A stretch of DNA of 64,000 nucleotides, taken from an uncultured Candidatus Saccharibacteria bacterium. Its GTDB lineage: Bacteria; Patescibacteriota; Minisyncoccia; Phycocordibacterales; UBA5272. The DNA lies in the NCBI GenBank assembly GCA_964621595.1, contig CAZUPO010000002.1:12047-76046 (forward strand), given 5' to 3'. This document shows positions 30,170 through 39,344 of the stretch, one piece after another. A program made the position numbers and the translations under genes. The notes under the pieces are model-generated. The model saw only the letters and a program-made list of their open reading frames with translations. It ran no database searches and was not told the DNA's origin. Numbering within the stretch: the first letter of the stretch is position 1; each line of letters begins with the position of its first letter.

Positions 30170-30919
30170 ATGAACCCTTCCTACATAATCTCTGATAAAA
30201 ATAAACTAAAGGAACTCTTCGAACAGTCCCACACTGATATTAAGGCCCTTATCAAAGGAGGTGAGGCAAAGCGTATTGTTGCAACACTCTCGGAAAAATA
30301 CAAAATTCCTGCCGCAAAAACAATTCCTCTCTCCAATATCATTGTCTATGTACTTATCGGTGCACTCGAGCCAGAAAACACCGTGCAAGCAATTATAGAT
30401 CTTGTTGAAGTAGATGAAAAAACTGCTAACCTGATTGCGACTGACCTAGATAAAGATATTTTTCAACGCGCGCGACAAATCATGCTTGGCAACACAGATG
30501 ATGTTGTAAAACTTGAGTTCAAGGGGGAAAAGACCCCTGATGAGTTGCGCAAGGAAATTATGGATACCACAAAACAAAAGAGTGGTATAACCACACCTCA
30601 GTCCTCCAGTGCTCAAACAAAGCCTTCAGTAACGCCAAGTGGGTCTCGTTCGGCCCTCATGGAACAACTGCAAATACTTGGGAATATTCCAAACGACCGA
30701 GAAATAGAGGACCGCCTTAAGACTATTCAAAAGCAAATAGCGGAGATAAAAAAGAAAGAAGATGATGACAAAACCCTTCACTCTCCAGTTGCTTTAAAAA
30801 GTTTTATGTTTGGAGAAAAGGGCAAGGAGCTCGTTGCTCCTAAAGCGCGAACCGCCACCTACAGCGTTGCTCCAACTCAATATAACGTCGACCCGTACCG
30901 AGAGGTAACCGAAGAGTAG
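30170..30919 (+). CDS. Hypothetical protein in the T4SS-like cluster
   Basis: ORF only. One hydrophobic segment. Confidence 0.4.
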   Translation: MNPSYIISDKNKLKELFEQSHTDIKALIKGGEAKRIVATLSEKYKIPAAKTIPLSNIIVYVLIGALEPENTVQAIIDLVEVDEKTANLIATDLDKDIFQRARQIMLGNTDDVVKLEFKGEKTPDELRKEIMDTTKQKSGITTPQSSSAQTKPSVTPSGSRSALMEQLQILGNIPNDREIEDRLKTIQKQIAEIKKKEDDDKTLHSPVALKSFMFGEKGKELVAPKARTATYSVAPTQYNVDPYREVTEE

Positions 30920-30982
30920 TCCGGTGCACGGTCTTTACACTGGAGTATATATTTCTCTGGTTCTCTTGATATACTACTACGT

Positions 30983-31420
30983 ATGCAATTCCGAGTGCCA
31001 CAATTTATAGATATAGAAGACAAGGTGATTGGACCTCTTACTTTCAAGCAGTTTGGATATATCATCGGGGCAGGGGGTCTTTCTTTTCTCATATGGACAT
31101 TTATCCCCATAAAAGCCATTGCTATCATTCTTATAGTTCCGGTTGCCGCCCTTTTCCTTGCTCTTGCGTTTGTGCGTTTTAATAACCGTCCTTTTGCCGA
31201 TCTTTTAGAAAGTGCTTTTGCATACTACACGGGACCAAAAATATTCACCTGGAAACAGCCCATCCCAAAAACAACCGGGAATGAAGCAAAAATAGATCAG
31301 ATTGTAGCAGACACAACAAAAGAGGTTATTATTTCCAAAACGAACAAAGATCGTCTGCACGATCTCGCACTTGGGCTGGATGTTCTTGATACTAACCCAC
31401 AGAAAGATAGGCCTCTATAG
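30983..31420 (+). CDS. Small two-TM membrane protein, VirB3-like candidate
   Basis: Two hydrophobic helices (GAGGLSFLIWTFIPI, IAIILIVPVAALFLALAFV). Immediately upstream of the VirB4-like ATPase, as virB3 typically is. Confidence 0.4.
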   Translation: MQFRVPQFIDIEDKVIGPLTFKQFGYIIGAGGLSFLIWTFIPIKAIAIILIVPVAALFLALAFVRFNNRPFADLLESAFAYYTGPKIFTWKQPIPKTTGNEAKIDQIVADTTKEVIISKTNKDRLHDLALGLDVLDTNPQKDRPL

Positions 31421-31447
31421 AAATTTCTACGGTATACTCATAAATAT

Positions 31448-32086
31448 ATGGCAAAAGGAAAGGCAACACAAGAAATTGTCCCTATTGATCGTATTCGTGA
31501 CGGCATCATTCTTCTTGATGGAGGTGAGTTTCGTGCGGTTGTTATTACCAACTCACTCAATCTTTCTCTCAAAAGCGAAGATGAACAATCTGCAATACTG
31601 ATGCAATTTCAGTCGTTTCTTAACTCACTCGATTTTCCTGTTCAATTTTTTATAGAATCGAGGCGCCTTAACATTAAGCCTTATATAGATATGCTTCAAG
31701 CAAGGAGCAAGGAGGTGAAGGAGGATCTTCTAAAAATACAGATACACGAATACATAGGATTCATTACGAAGTTTACTGAAGAAACAAACATCATGACCAA
31801 ACACTTCTTCATCGTAGTGCCATACTACCATCCCGGTGAAGATGCGGTGACTGCTTCTTCTCTTTTATCAATCGGTGCGACAGACTTCACATCAAAGAAG
31901 TCTCAGGCTGCCTTTGATGCGGCGCGTATCCAAATAGAGCAGCGTATCTCGACCGTGCTCCAGGGGTTGGCGCGCTTTGGAATACGTGGGCAAAAACTTG
32001 GCACAGAAGAAGTGGTAGAATTATTCTACAAGCTCTTTAATCCTAGCGAGCAGAATCGTGATGCACCTAAGGTGGAAGAAAAATAA
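31448..32086 (+). CDS. N-terminal region of a VirB4/TraE-like conjugal ATPase encoded as a separate ORF
   Basis: 212 aa. Stops 2 nt before the ATPase ORF, in a different frame. Confidence 0.45.
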   Translation: MAKGKATQEIVPIDRIRDGIILLDGGEFRAVVITNSLNLSLKSEDEQSAILMQFQSFLNSLDFPVQFFIESRRLNIKPYIDMLQARSKEVKEDLLKIQIHEYIGFITKFTEETNIMTKHFFIVVPYYHPGEDAVTASSLLSIGATDFTSKKSQAAFDAARIQIEQRISTVLQGLARFGIRGQKLGTEEVVELFYKLFNPSEQNRDAPKVEEK

Positions 32087-32088
32087 GT

Positions 32089-33906
32089 ATGGGAATATTC
32101 GATTTTTTAAATTCAAAAAAGAAAACAAGTCCGGTGTCTGCCGTTCTTCCAGAACAGGTATATAAGATCGCGGAGATGCAGTTGAAGGATGTTATTGCGC
32201 CGAGTGCTCTTGGTGTGACTCCAAAAGATATTAATCTTGGCGAGGTAATGCTTCGATCGTTCTTTGTTATATCATACCCGCGCTTCCTCAACGATAATTG
32301 GTTGAGTCCGATTATCAACCTCGACAAGGTGTTCGACGTAGCAATCCATATATCACCCCTTAGCACAGGGGAGGTGATGAAAACATTCCAGCGAAAAGTT
32401 GCTGAAGTGGAGAGTCAGATTATGACAAGAGAAGAGAAGGGGCTTGTCCGCGACCCGACACTTGATGTTGCATACCAAGATCTAGAAGACTTGCGAGATG
32501 GCCTTACTCAAGCCCAAGAAAAGATGTTTGAGGTGTCGCTCTATATTTCTATTTATGGTCACAACGAGGACGAGATTGTCAAAGCAGAAAATGAAATAAA
32601 AAATATTCTTGAGAGTAGACTTATCTACGTAAAGCCAGCCCTTTTCCAACAGGATACAGGGTTTCTCTCTACCATCCCACTCGCTCGAGATCTTTTGAAT
32701 ATCAAGAACAAACTAAATACATCACCTCTTTCTTCCTTCTTCCCATTTGTTTCTTTTGATCTCTCCTCTGATAAGGGTATTTTGTATGGACTTAACCGCC
32801 ACAATGGAAGTCTCATTCTTTTTGATCGTTTTTCACTTGAAAACTACAACTCTATAGTATTTGCAAAATCTGGTTCTGGAAAAAGTTATCTCACAAAACT
32901 AGAAATTCTTCGAACCCTCATGTTTGATACCGAAGTTATTATTATCGACCCAGAACGTGAGTATGAATTTTTGGCAGAGTCTGTCGGCGGAAGATACTTT
33001 GATATCGCCCTAACCAGTGATCACCATATCAATCCATTTGATTTGCCTCATCCGGCTGTTGATGAATCTCCTTCTGAGGTGTTACGTTCCAACATCGTTA
33101 ACCTGGTTGGACTCTTCCGTGTTATGTTGGGAGGGCTCACACCAGAAGAAGACGCCATTATCGATCAAGCCATCACAGAAACATATGCTTTGAAAGACAT
33201 TACCGGTGATGCTGATTTTACAAAACTTGAACCACCTCTTCTCTCGGACTTCGAGATGGTGCTCGCTGGAATTGAAGGGTCTGAAGATTTAATTCAACGT
33301 CTTTCAAAATATACAAAAGGGACTTGGTCTGGATTTATTAACAAGCCATCAAACGTAGATATTAATAAAAAGCTGGTCTGTTTCTCTATCCGCGATATGG
33401 AGGATGAGTTGAAACCTGTTGCGATGTACATCGTGACTCACTTCATATGGAATGCTGTTCGCAAAGATTTGCGCAAGCGATTGCTTATCGTAGATGAGGC
33501 GTGGATTATGATGAAAAACGATGACACGGCCTCGTTCCTCTTTGGTCTGGCAAAGCGGGGGCGTAAATATTATCTTGGACTCGCAACCATCACCCAAGAT
33601 GTTGGTGACTTCTTAAAATCACCCTATGGTTTACCCATCATTGCAAACTCTTCTATACAGGTACTTCTCAAACAATCTCCCTCTTCTATCGATATAGTAC
33701 AAAAAACATTTAATTTGACCGATGAAGAAAAGTATCTTCTCCTTGAATCTGGCGTAGGGGAGGGAATCTTTTTTGCAGGTCTTAAACATGTGGCCCTCAA
33801 GGTTGTTGCTTCATATACTGAAGATCAGATTATCACGAGTGACCCATCACAACTTATAAAAATAAAGCAAATGAAAGATGAACTAGGTCAAGCAAAGCAA
33901 CTATGA
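32089..33906 (+). CDS. VirB4/TrbE/TraE-family type IV secretion ATPase (C-terminal ATPase module)
   Basis: Walker A FAKSGSGKSYLTK. Walker B/DEAW-like LLIVDEAWIM. 605 aa. Confidence 0.8.
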   Translation: MGIFDFLNSKKKTSPVSAVLPEQVYKIAEMQLKDVIAPSALGVTPKDINLGEVMLRSFFVISYPRFLNDNWLSPIINLDKVFDVAIHISPLSTGEVMKTFQRKVAEVESQIMTREEKGLVRDPTLDVAYQDLEDLRDGLTQAQEKMFEVSLYISIYGHNEDEIVKAENEIKNILESRLIYVKPALFQQDTGFLSTIPLARDLLNIKNKLNTSPLSSFFPFVSFDLSSDKGILYGLNRHNGSLILFDRFSLENYNSIVFAKSGSGKSYLTKLEILRTLMFDTEVIIIDPEREYEFLAESVGGRYFDIALTSDHHINPFDLPHPAVDESPSEVLRSNIVNLVGLFRVMLGGLTPEEDAIIDQAITETYALKDITGDADFTKLEPPLLSDFEMVLAGIEGSEDLIQRLSKYTKGTWSGFINKPSNVDINKKLVCFSIRDMEDELKPVAMYIVTHFIWNAVRKDLRKRLLIVDEAWIMMKNDDTASFLFGLAKRGRKYYLGLATITQDVGDFLKSPYGLPIIANSSIQVLLKQSPSSIDIVQKTFNLTDEEKYLLLESGVGEGIFFAGLKHVALKVVASYTEDQIITSDPSQLIKIKQMKDELGQAKQL

Positions 33907-34871
33907 AGCACATACTACTCTTGGCTTGTGTTTGGATTATGTTGGGGTGGGGAGTCTCCACCTTCGCGGCATATGATGGATTTATCGTAATTGATCCACC
34001 GAACCCAGAGCCAAATTCTTCAGTAACCCTAACCCTTCGAAGTTACTCCCTTGATGTTGATAATGCAATGGTTACATGGGTCTCTGGTGGGAAAGAACTT
34101 CTGAAAGGGTACGGAGAGAAGAAAATAACCGTTCGCACCCGGGGAGCGGGAGAAAACATCGTTGTTTCGGCCAAGGCTGAAACTGATGCGGGGGATTTTT
34201 TTATAACAAGTGTTACACTTGTCCCACAGTCGGTTGCAATCGTCTACGAAACACCAGAGAGTTACGTCCCTACATTTTATGAAGGAAGGTCGCTCCCTGG
34301 AGAGGGGTCAATTGTGAAATTTGTCGCAATGGGAAATATTTCCGAGAACGGCAGGGTTGTTCCTCCTTCCAGTCTTTCATACTCTTGGTTTGTAAACGGT
34401 GAGTTGCGCGAGCAGTCTTCTGGAAGAGGGAGGCAGTCTGCTCTTATCCCGCTAGATATTTTGAGTGACTCAACAGAAATAAAAGTCGTTGCGCGATCGT
34501 CCTCGGGCGTAACGGCTGAGAAAAAAATTGAAGTGTTTCCTCATCAAGTTCTCCCTCTTTTTTACACATATAGTGATATTTTTGGAACCGATTTTACAAA
34601 ATTGGTTTCGAGGCGTTTTGAGGCAACAAAACCATTCACCCTTGCGTTTGAACCTTTTTATTTTTCAAAAAATGGTATGTACGAGGACACGGCTGCTGTT
34701 GTGTGGACACTGGATGGACTTCCTGTTACTCCATATCGAGCAAAGAAACTATTATTTGAACCAAAGAAAAATAGTTACGGCTCAAAAACGTTAAAGATTT
34801 CGCTTCAGCAAGAGAAGCGCTACCTACAGGATACCGAAACTTCTTTGAATCTTATTTTTGATACCCGCTAA
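33903..34871 (+). CDS. Secreted hypothetical protein
   Basis: Signal peptide MKHILLLACVWIMLGWGVSTFA. ATGA overlap with the preceding gene. Confidence 0.5.
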   Translation: MKHILLLACVWIMLGWGVSTFAAYDGFIVIDPPNPEPNSSVTLTLRSYSLDVDNAMVTWVSGGKELLKGYGEKKITVRTRGAGENIVVSAKAETDAGDFFITSVTLVPQSVAIVYETPESYVPTFYEGRSLPGEGSIVKFVAMGNISENGRVVPPSSLSYSWFVNGELREQSSGRGRQSALIPLDILSDSTEIKVVARSSSGVTAEKKIEVFPHQVLPLFYTYSDIFGTDFTKLVSRRFEATKPFTLAFEPFYFSKNGMYEDTAAVVWTLDGLPVTPYRAKKLLFEPKKNSYGSKTLKISLQQEKRYLQDTETSLNLIFDTR

Positions 34872-34876
34872 ATACC

Positions 34877-35707
34877 ATGAATCAGCCATCATATACGGAA
34901 CTTGAACCTAATTTTGCTGGACCGGTAACTACACTCAAGCCCCAGTTCTTTGGATCCTCTGTAACCTTTTTCGCCTCCTCCTCTTTTCTCTACACACTGC
35001 TATTCTCAGCGATTGTAGTATCTGCTGGAGGAATGATTATTTATGGAGCGATACTTAGGTTGGTTCCTTCTGCAAGTAGTGAGGCGAAGTCTAGGGAGAT
35101 TTTTTGGAGGGTTCTTAAGGGTGTGGTTGGAACATTTTCGTTTGCTCTTATATTTCTTACGTTTAATAGGGATTTACTCCGGGGGGATATTGATTTCGGA
35201 ATACTGCGAGCGGGGGTCGGGTCGGGAGGAATAACTACCTCACAAGATAATCCTGATAGACCTGTAGCACCCCCATCTCCAGGATCCAGAACGACCGCAC
35301 CACCGGAAGAGTGGTGGAAAGCTATTAATGAATCTCCGGAGGTTCGAAAGCGTTTGGGGGCCCGTGGAATAACATTCAACAATAATACCTGTAGAAACCC
35401 CGCGGAGACCGCTTGTACAACCGTGGGGGGCTTACCAGAAGACACCCTTGCCATGCTTGAACAATTAAAAGACTACTGCCCCGGCGAACTTATGGTAACA
35501 GGGGGAACGGAAGCGGGGCACAGTGCACATGGGCCCGGCAAAAGAGCTGTGGACCTATCTCGAAAAAGTGCTGCCTTTAATGCTTGTGTTGAAGGATTTG
35601 AGCCGACAAGAAATCCTGGCTTTTGTCACGCCGCATATAAAAAATTCGGCTATACTTTTTGTAATGAGGTGAGTTCTCAGCCCCATTGGCACGTGGATAT
35701 ACGTTAA
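34877..35707 (+). CDS. Membrane-anchored peptidoglycan peptidase: shared TM/pilin-like N-module fused to peptidase M15 (VanY-like) domain
   Basis: N-terminal hydrophobic module FFASSSFLYTLLFSAIVVSAGGMIIYGAIL. C-terminal SAHGPGKRAVDLS (SxHxxGxAxD) and EVSSQPHWHVD (ExxH) motifs of zinc D-Ala-D-Ala carboxypeptidase-like hydrolases. Confidence 0.6.
   Translation: MNQPSYTELEPNFAGPVTTLKPQFFGSSVTFFASSSFLYTLLFSAIVVSAGGMIIYGAILRLVPSASSEAKSREIFWRVLKGVVGTFSFALIFLTFNRDLLRGDIDFGILRAGVGSGGITTSQDNPDRPVAPPSPGSRTTAPPEEWWKAINESPEVRKRLGARGITFNNNTCRNPAETACTTVGGLPEDTLAMLEQLKDYCPGELMVTGGTEAGHSAHGPGKRAVDLSRKSAAFNACVEGFEPTRNPGFCHAAYKKFGYTFCNEVSSQPHWHVDIR
34966..35196. repeat. 231-bp segment identical to 37167..37397 (direct repeat copy A)
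   Basis: Base-for-base identical stretch by inspection from TTTTTCGCCTCCTCC to GGGGGGATATTGATTT. Encodes the shared N-terminal module of the two hydrolases. Confidence 0.85.
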
Positions 35708-35742
35708 GACCTTACGCGTCTTACTTGCTATACTTTAGGAAC

Positions 35743-37077
35743 ATGAGTAGACGAATGCTTTTCTTTGTTGTTGGTGTTGCGATTTTTACACTCGGCGTGC
35801 TTGTTTGGTTTTTTACACAAACAACAACGTCTTCTTCGGGATCAATCATCAATAAAACAAATCCTCTTTCTCTGCGCGATTTTCCTAAGCGTTTTCAATT
35901 CATAGGCAATCCAGACACAGAGGAAGAGCAGGGTACCTCAACAACCGAGATAACACTTGCCACTCCCCAGATACTCACCAAAATTTGGGACAAACCCTCA
36001 TCTGGTCAGGCGTTTGTTGTGAAAGAGTATTTAAGAGAAGTTTCTTCAACATCAACCATTATAAAAGCAAGCACCTCAACGAAAGCAACCACAACTGAAC
36101 AAGTGGTTGTAAAGAAGACGCTGCGAGCGACCTCAACCATTCTTATGTTTGTTGATAGAGAAACCGGACATATTTATGGTTTTAGTTTTGATACAAATAA
36201 AGTATTTCAGATAAGTAACTCGACGTTCCCGGGCATTCATGATGCATATATAATTTTTGATGGCACAACGGTTGTGATGAGATATGAAGACGAGGAAAAG
36301 CGAGCAATTGTTGGTATTATGGCGACAATACCCTCCGTCGCCCAAGGTCAAGATCCTCGACCTTTAGAAAACATAACATACCTACCCTCACAGGTTATCT
36401 CTGTTGCCTCGAGTCCGGATAAAACACTTCTATCCTACGTGGTAGATAGCGGCACAGATGTTGCAGTATATACCATGTCAAAAACAGGGACTCAACTCAT
36501 TACCAAAACACCATTTAAGGAATGGTCTCTCGTGTACGGTGGCAACACACTGCATGCATACACAAAGCCATCAGCTTATGTTGAGGGATATATGGCAAAG
36601 TTGCCCACCTTTGAAATGGTTACGCCGGGAAGAACGGGTCTTATTAGTCTCCCTTCAAACTCTTCTTCCATGATTACCAGCATGTGGTCAAATAAAGGGC
36701 TTTTAACATACATAACTTCTTTGGGGAAAGATACGGTATTACCCATCAAAACACTTGCGTCAAAATGTGCTTGGGGAACGCAACAATTTATACTCTGCGC
36801 GGTTCCACGCTCACTACCGCGAGGTAGTGAGGGGCTGCCGGATGATTGGTATCAGGGTCGCGTGTCATTTGATGACACATTTATTCTCGTTGATTCCAAT
36901 ACGGGAGAAACCTCTCCTCTTTTCTCTTTTGATGGAATGAATGGTCTCCCATTTGATGTGACTAATATTATTCTTTCGGAAGATAGTTCTCTTGTTTCTT
37001 TTATACGAAAACAGGACGGTTCTTTATGGTTATTAAATACAAACCTCCTTTCTGGCGCAGGTGAAACAAACCCGTAA
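35743..37077 (+). CDS. Secreted/membrane-anchored hypothetical protein between the two hydrolase genes
   Basis: Start taken at MSRRMLFFVVGVAIFTLGVLVWFF (TM/signal anchor). The track ORF begins 19 codons earlier, overlapping the previous gene. Confidence 0.45.
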   Translation: MSRRMLFFVVGVAIFTLGVLVWFFTQTTTSSSGSIINKTNPLSLRDFPKRFQFIGNPDTEEEQGTSTTEITLATPQILTKIWDKPSSGQAFVVKEYLREVSSTSTIIKASTSTKATTTEQVVVKKTLRATSTILMFVDRETGHIYGFSFDTNKVFQISNSTFPGIHDAYIIFDGTTVVMRYEDEEKRAIVGIMATIPSVAQGQDPRPLENITYLPSQVISVASSPDKTLLSYVVDSGTDVAVYTMSKTGTQLITKTPFKEWSLVYGGNTLHAYTKPSAYVEGYMAKLPTFEMVTPGRTGLISLPSNSSSMITSMWSNKGLLTYITSLGKDTVLPIKTLASKCAWGTQQFILCAVPRSLPRGSEGLPDDWYQGRVSFDDTFILVDSNTGETSPLFSFDGMNGLPFDVTNIILSEDSSLVSFIRKQDGSLWLLNTNLLSGAGETNP

Positions 37078-37080
37078 CTT

Positions 37081-38067
37081 ATGAACAACGCCGATTATCG
37101 CGCTCTTGAGCCTGGGGTTGTGGCTAATATAACAAGTTTAAAATATCCTGTTGGTGGGGTTAGTTCTTTTTTCGCCTCCTCCTCTTTTCTCTACACACTG
37201 CTATTCTCAGCGATTGTAGTATCTGCTGGAGGAATGATTATTTATGGAGCGATACTTAGGTTGGTTCCTTCTGCAAGTAGTGAGGCGAAGTCTAGGGAGA
37301 TTTTTTGGAGGGTTCTTAAGGGTGTGGTTGGAACATTTTCGTTTGCTCTTATATTTCTTACGTTTAATAGGGATTTACTCCGGGGGGATATTGATTTTAG
37401 TGTTCTTGGTGTTGGTGCTAAGAATATGATATCGAGTATAAGTGGCGCCCCTTCATCTTCAAATAGTACTTCCGCGTCATGTCCTTCAGCAGACTCATTA
37501 AAGCAAACCCTCTCTGGCGGGGGGGATGTCTGCGCTGGGGCGCGATGCTCTGCACTAAGTGGGTGTAGATTCAGAGACTATCTGTCTATAATAAAAAGTG
37601 AATCTGAAAAACAGGGGGTGGATTACAAACTGGCGATAGTAATCATGTGTAAAGAATCCACAGGAAAAAGAGACGCTACTAATGACAACAGGGACGGAAC
37701 ATATGATTGTGGTCTCATGCAGATAAATCAAAGGGGGCCTTGCACGCCAGATTCATTCATACCTGAAAAAAATATTGCTGAGGGTGTTCGTCTTATAAAA
37801 GAAAAAACTGGTCCTTCAACCTCAAGAAATTATCCTGGCGCACCACAACTTGGAAATCTTTTTGCGGCATACAACTGTTGTGCGAGGGGGGCAGCTCCAT
37901 ACGAAGCAAGTGTGGACTGTACAACTGGAAGCGGCTGGCCTTCGACACTTCCTAAATGGGCGTGTCCAATAAATCCGGGGTCCGGACCTTCAAACATGTG
38001 TACAGTACGAAGTTACGCCTGTGATTTAAACGCTTGCTATAAAGACAGTTCCTTAGAGGGGCTTTAA
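37081..38067 (+). CDS. Membrane-anchored lytic transglycosylase (VirB1-like SLT domain) with the shared TM/pilin-like N-module
   Basis: The same N-module as 34877..35707. C-terminal SLT catalytic motif KESTGKRDATNDNRDGTYDCGLMQIN (ES...GLMQ). Confidence 0.65.
   Translation: MNNADYRALEPGVVANITSLKYPVGGVSSFFASSSFLYTLLFSAIVVSAGGMIIYGAILRLVPSASSEAKSREIFWRVLKGVVGTFSFALIFLTFNRDLLRGDIDFSVLGVGAKNMISSISGAPSSSNSTSASCPSADSLKQTLSGGGDVCAGARCSALSGCRFRDYLSIIKSESEKQGVDYKLAIVIMCKESTGKRDATNDNRDGTYDCGLMQINQRGPCTPDSFIPEKNIAEGVRLIKEKTGPSTSRNYPGAPQLGNLFAAYNCCARGAAPYEASVDCTTGSGWPSTLPKWACPINPGSGPSNMCTVRSYACDLNACYKDSSLEGL
37167..37397. repeat. 231-bp direct repeat copy B (identical to 34966..35196)
   Basis: See copy A. 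Confidence 0.85.
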
Positions 38068-38772
38068 GTGTGCGAGTTTGTTTTTCATATATATATCTTG
38101 TCCATAGCCGATGGTGTTACTAACAACAAAGTAGAGGGCAATGGCTGAAGGGAAAAATGCGGACATAACTGTAGTAATAACCGGAAGAACGTAGAGAATT
38201 TGGATTCTCATTGATTTCATGAGTTGGTCCTGAAACGTTTCCTCGTGTGAGGCTTTCTTGGTAACCATGCTAGTGGTTTGCCTTCGGGCAAGCATAAATG
38301 AGGAGATTCCGGCGAGCACAGCCAAAATAATACTTTTTTGTGTCATATCAAAAAAACCAAACGCTAGTGTGTGTAGGGACTCTGGAAAAGATAGGAAGGT
38401 ATAGAGAGAGGTTGGGTCATTGTGCATCCCTTTGAAAAAAACTTGGTACAGCGCAATAATCACAGGAATTTGAAGTAGTGGACCAAGAATCCCTGCGAAT
38501 GGGTTGAGTTTTTCTTTTTTATAGAGATCCATCATTTTTTGAGATGCCTCTCTTGGATCCTTTTTCTGTAATTCTCGTATTTTTGCCATCTCTGGCTCTA
38601 ATCTCTTCATAAGATATTGGGTGCGAAGGGCAGAAATGTTAAGTGGGAGAAGAATAAACTTTACAACAAGGGTTACTATGATGATGGCAATCCCAATGTC
38701 GTGTAGAGGGGTATTAGAAAGAACAAAAACAAGGAGATTGTAAATTGGTTCGTAAAAAATAGTGTGGAACAT
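38053..38772 (-). CDS. yidC: Membrane protein insertase YidC (short form)
   Basis: Oxa1/YidC-like multi-TM protein. Conserved position downstream of rnpA. Confidence 0.8.
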   Translation of the reverse strand: MFHTIFYEPIYNLLVFVLSNTPLHDIGIAIIIVTLVVKFILLPLNISALRTQYLMKRLEPEMAKIRELQKKDPREASQKMMDLYKKEKLNPFAGILGPLLQIPVIIALYQVFFKGMHNDPTSLYTFLSFPESLHTLAFGFFDMTQKSIILAVLAGISSFMLARRQTTSMVTKKASHEETFQDQLMKSMRIQILYVLPVITTVMSAFFPSAIALYFVVSNTIGYGQDIYMKNKLAHLKPL

Positions 38773-38789
38773 GGAATTATATTTTTACT

Positions 38790-39095
38790 TTATGTAAGTT
38801 GATGTAACATTTCTTCTTTAACCTCTTTAAAATCTTTATGAAGAATGGTTTTTTTGGGGTAGATAATAAAAAATCCTGTTATTTTTGGTGTAACTCCTTC
38901 GAGTATAGAGTATACCCTTCTTTTTGCTTTATTACGAAGGACGGCTATTTTTATTTGTTTTTTTGATATAACACACGCAAATTTAGTATCTTTGTTAAAG
39001 GAGTGTGCTATATCAAACAACGACCCTCTAATAATTATTTTGGGTTTTATTCCTTTAAAATCTATTGTCGAGAGACGCTTCTTTTTTGGAAGCAT
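38790..39095 (-). CDS. rnpA: Ribonuclease P protein component
   Basis: Basic 101-aa protein (KKRLSTIDFKGIK...ISKKQIKIAVLRNKAKRRV). rpmH-rnpA-yidC synteny. Confidence 0.8.
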   Translation of the reverse strand: MLPKKKRLSTIDFKGIKPKIIIRGSLFDIAHSFNKDTKFACVISKKQIKIAVLRNKAKRRVYSILEGVTPKITGFFIIYPKKTILHKDFKEVKEEMLHQLT

Positions 39096-39104
39096 GAGTG
39101 ATAT

Positions 39105-39239
39105 TTAGACGGAAAGTTTCTTGCGACCAGCACTTCTTCTGCGAGAAATAACCTTTTTTCCTCCCTTACTCTTCATACGAACACGAAAGCCGTGTGTTGT
39201 GGCTCTCTTTTTTCTTTTAGGTTTATATGTTACAGACAT
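39105..39239 (-). CDS. rpmH: 50S ribosomal protein L34
   Basis: Minus-strand translation [44 protein letters not shown] (44 aa). Not in the ORF track because it is under 60 aa. The + ORF 39121..39393 is antisense to it. Confidence 0.85.
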   Translation of the reverse strand: MSVTYKPKRKKRATTHGFRVRMKSKGGKKVISRRRSAGRKKLSV

Positions 39240-39344
39240 GGGTATATTTTACACGATTTTGGGTGATAAATCAATATCTTTAAAACGGTGTACTGTGTGG
39301 GTCAAGTTGTGGCAATTTTTAGCACGTGTATACTACATACCATC

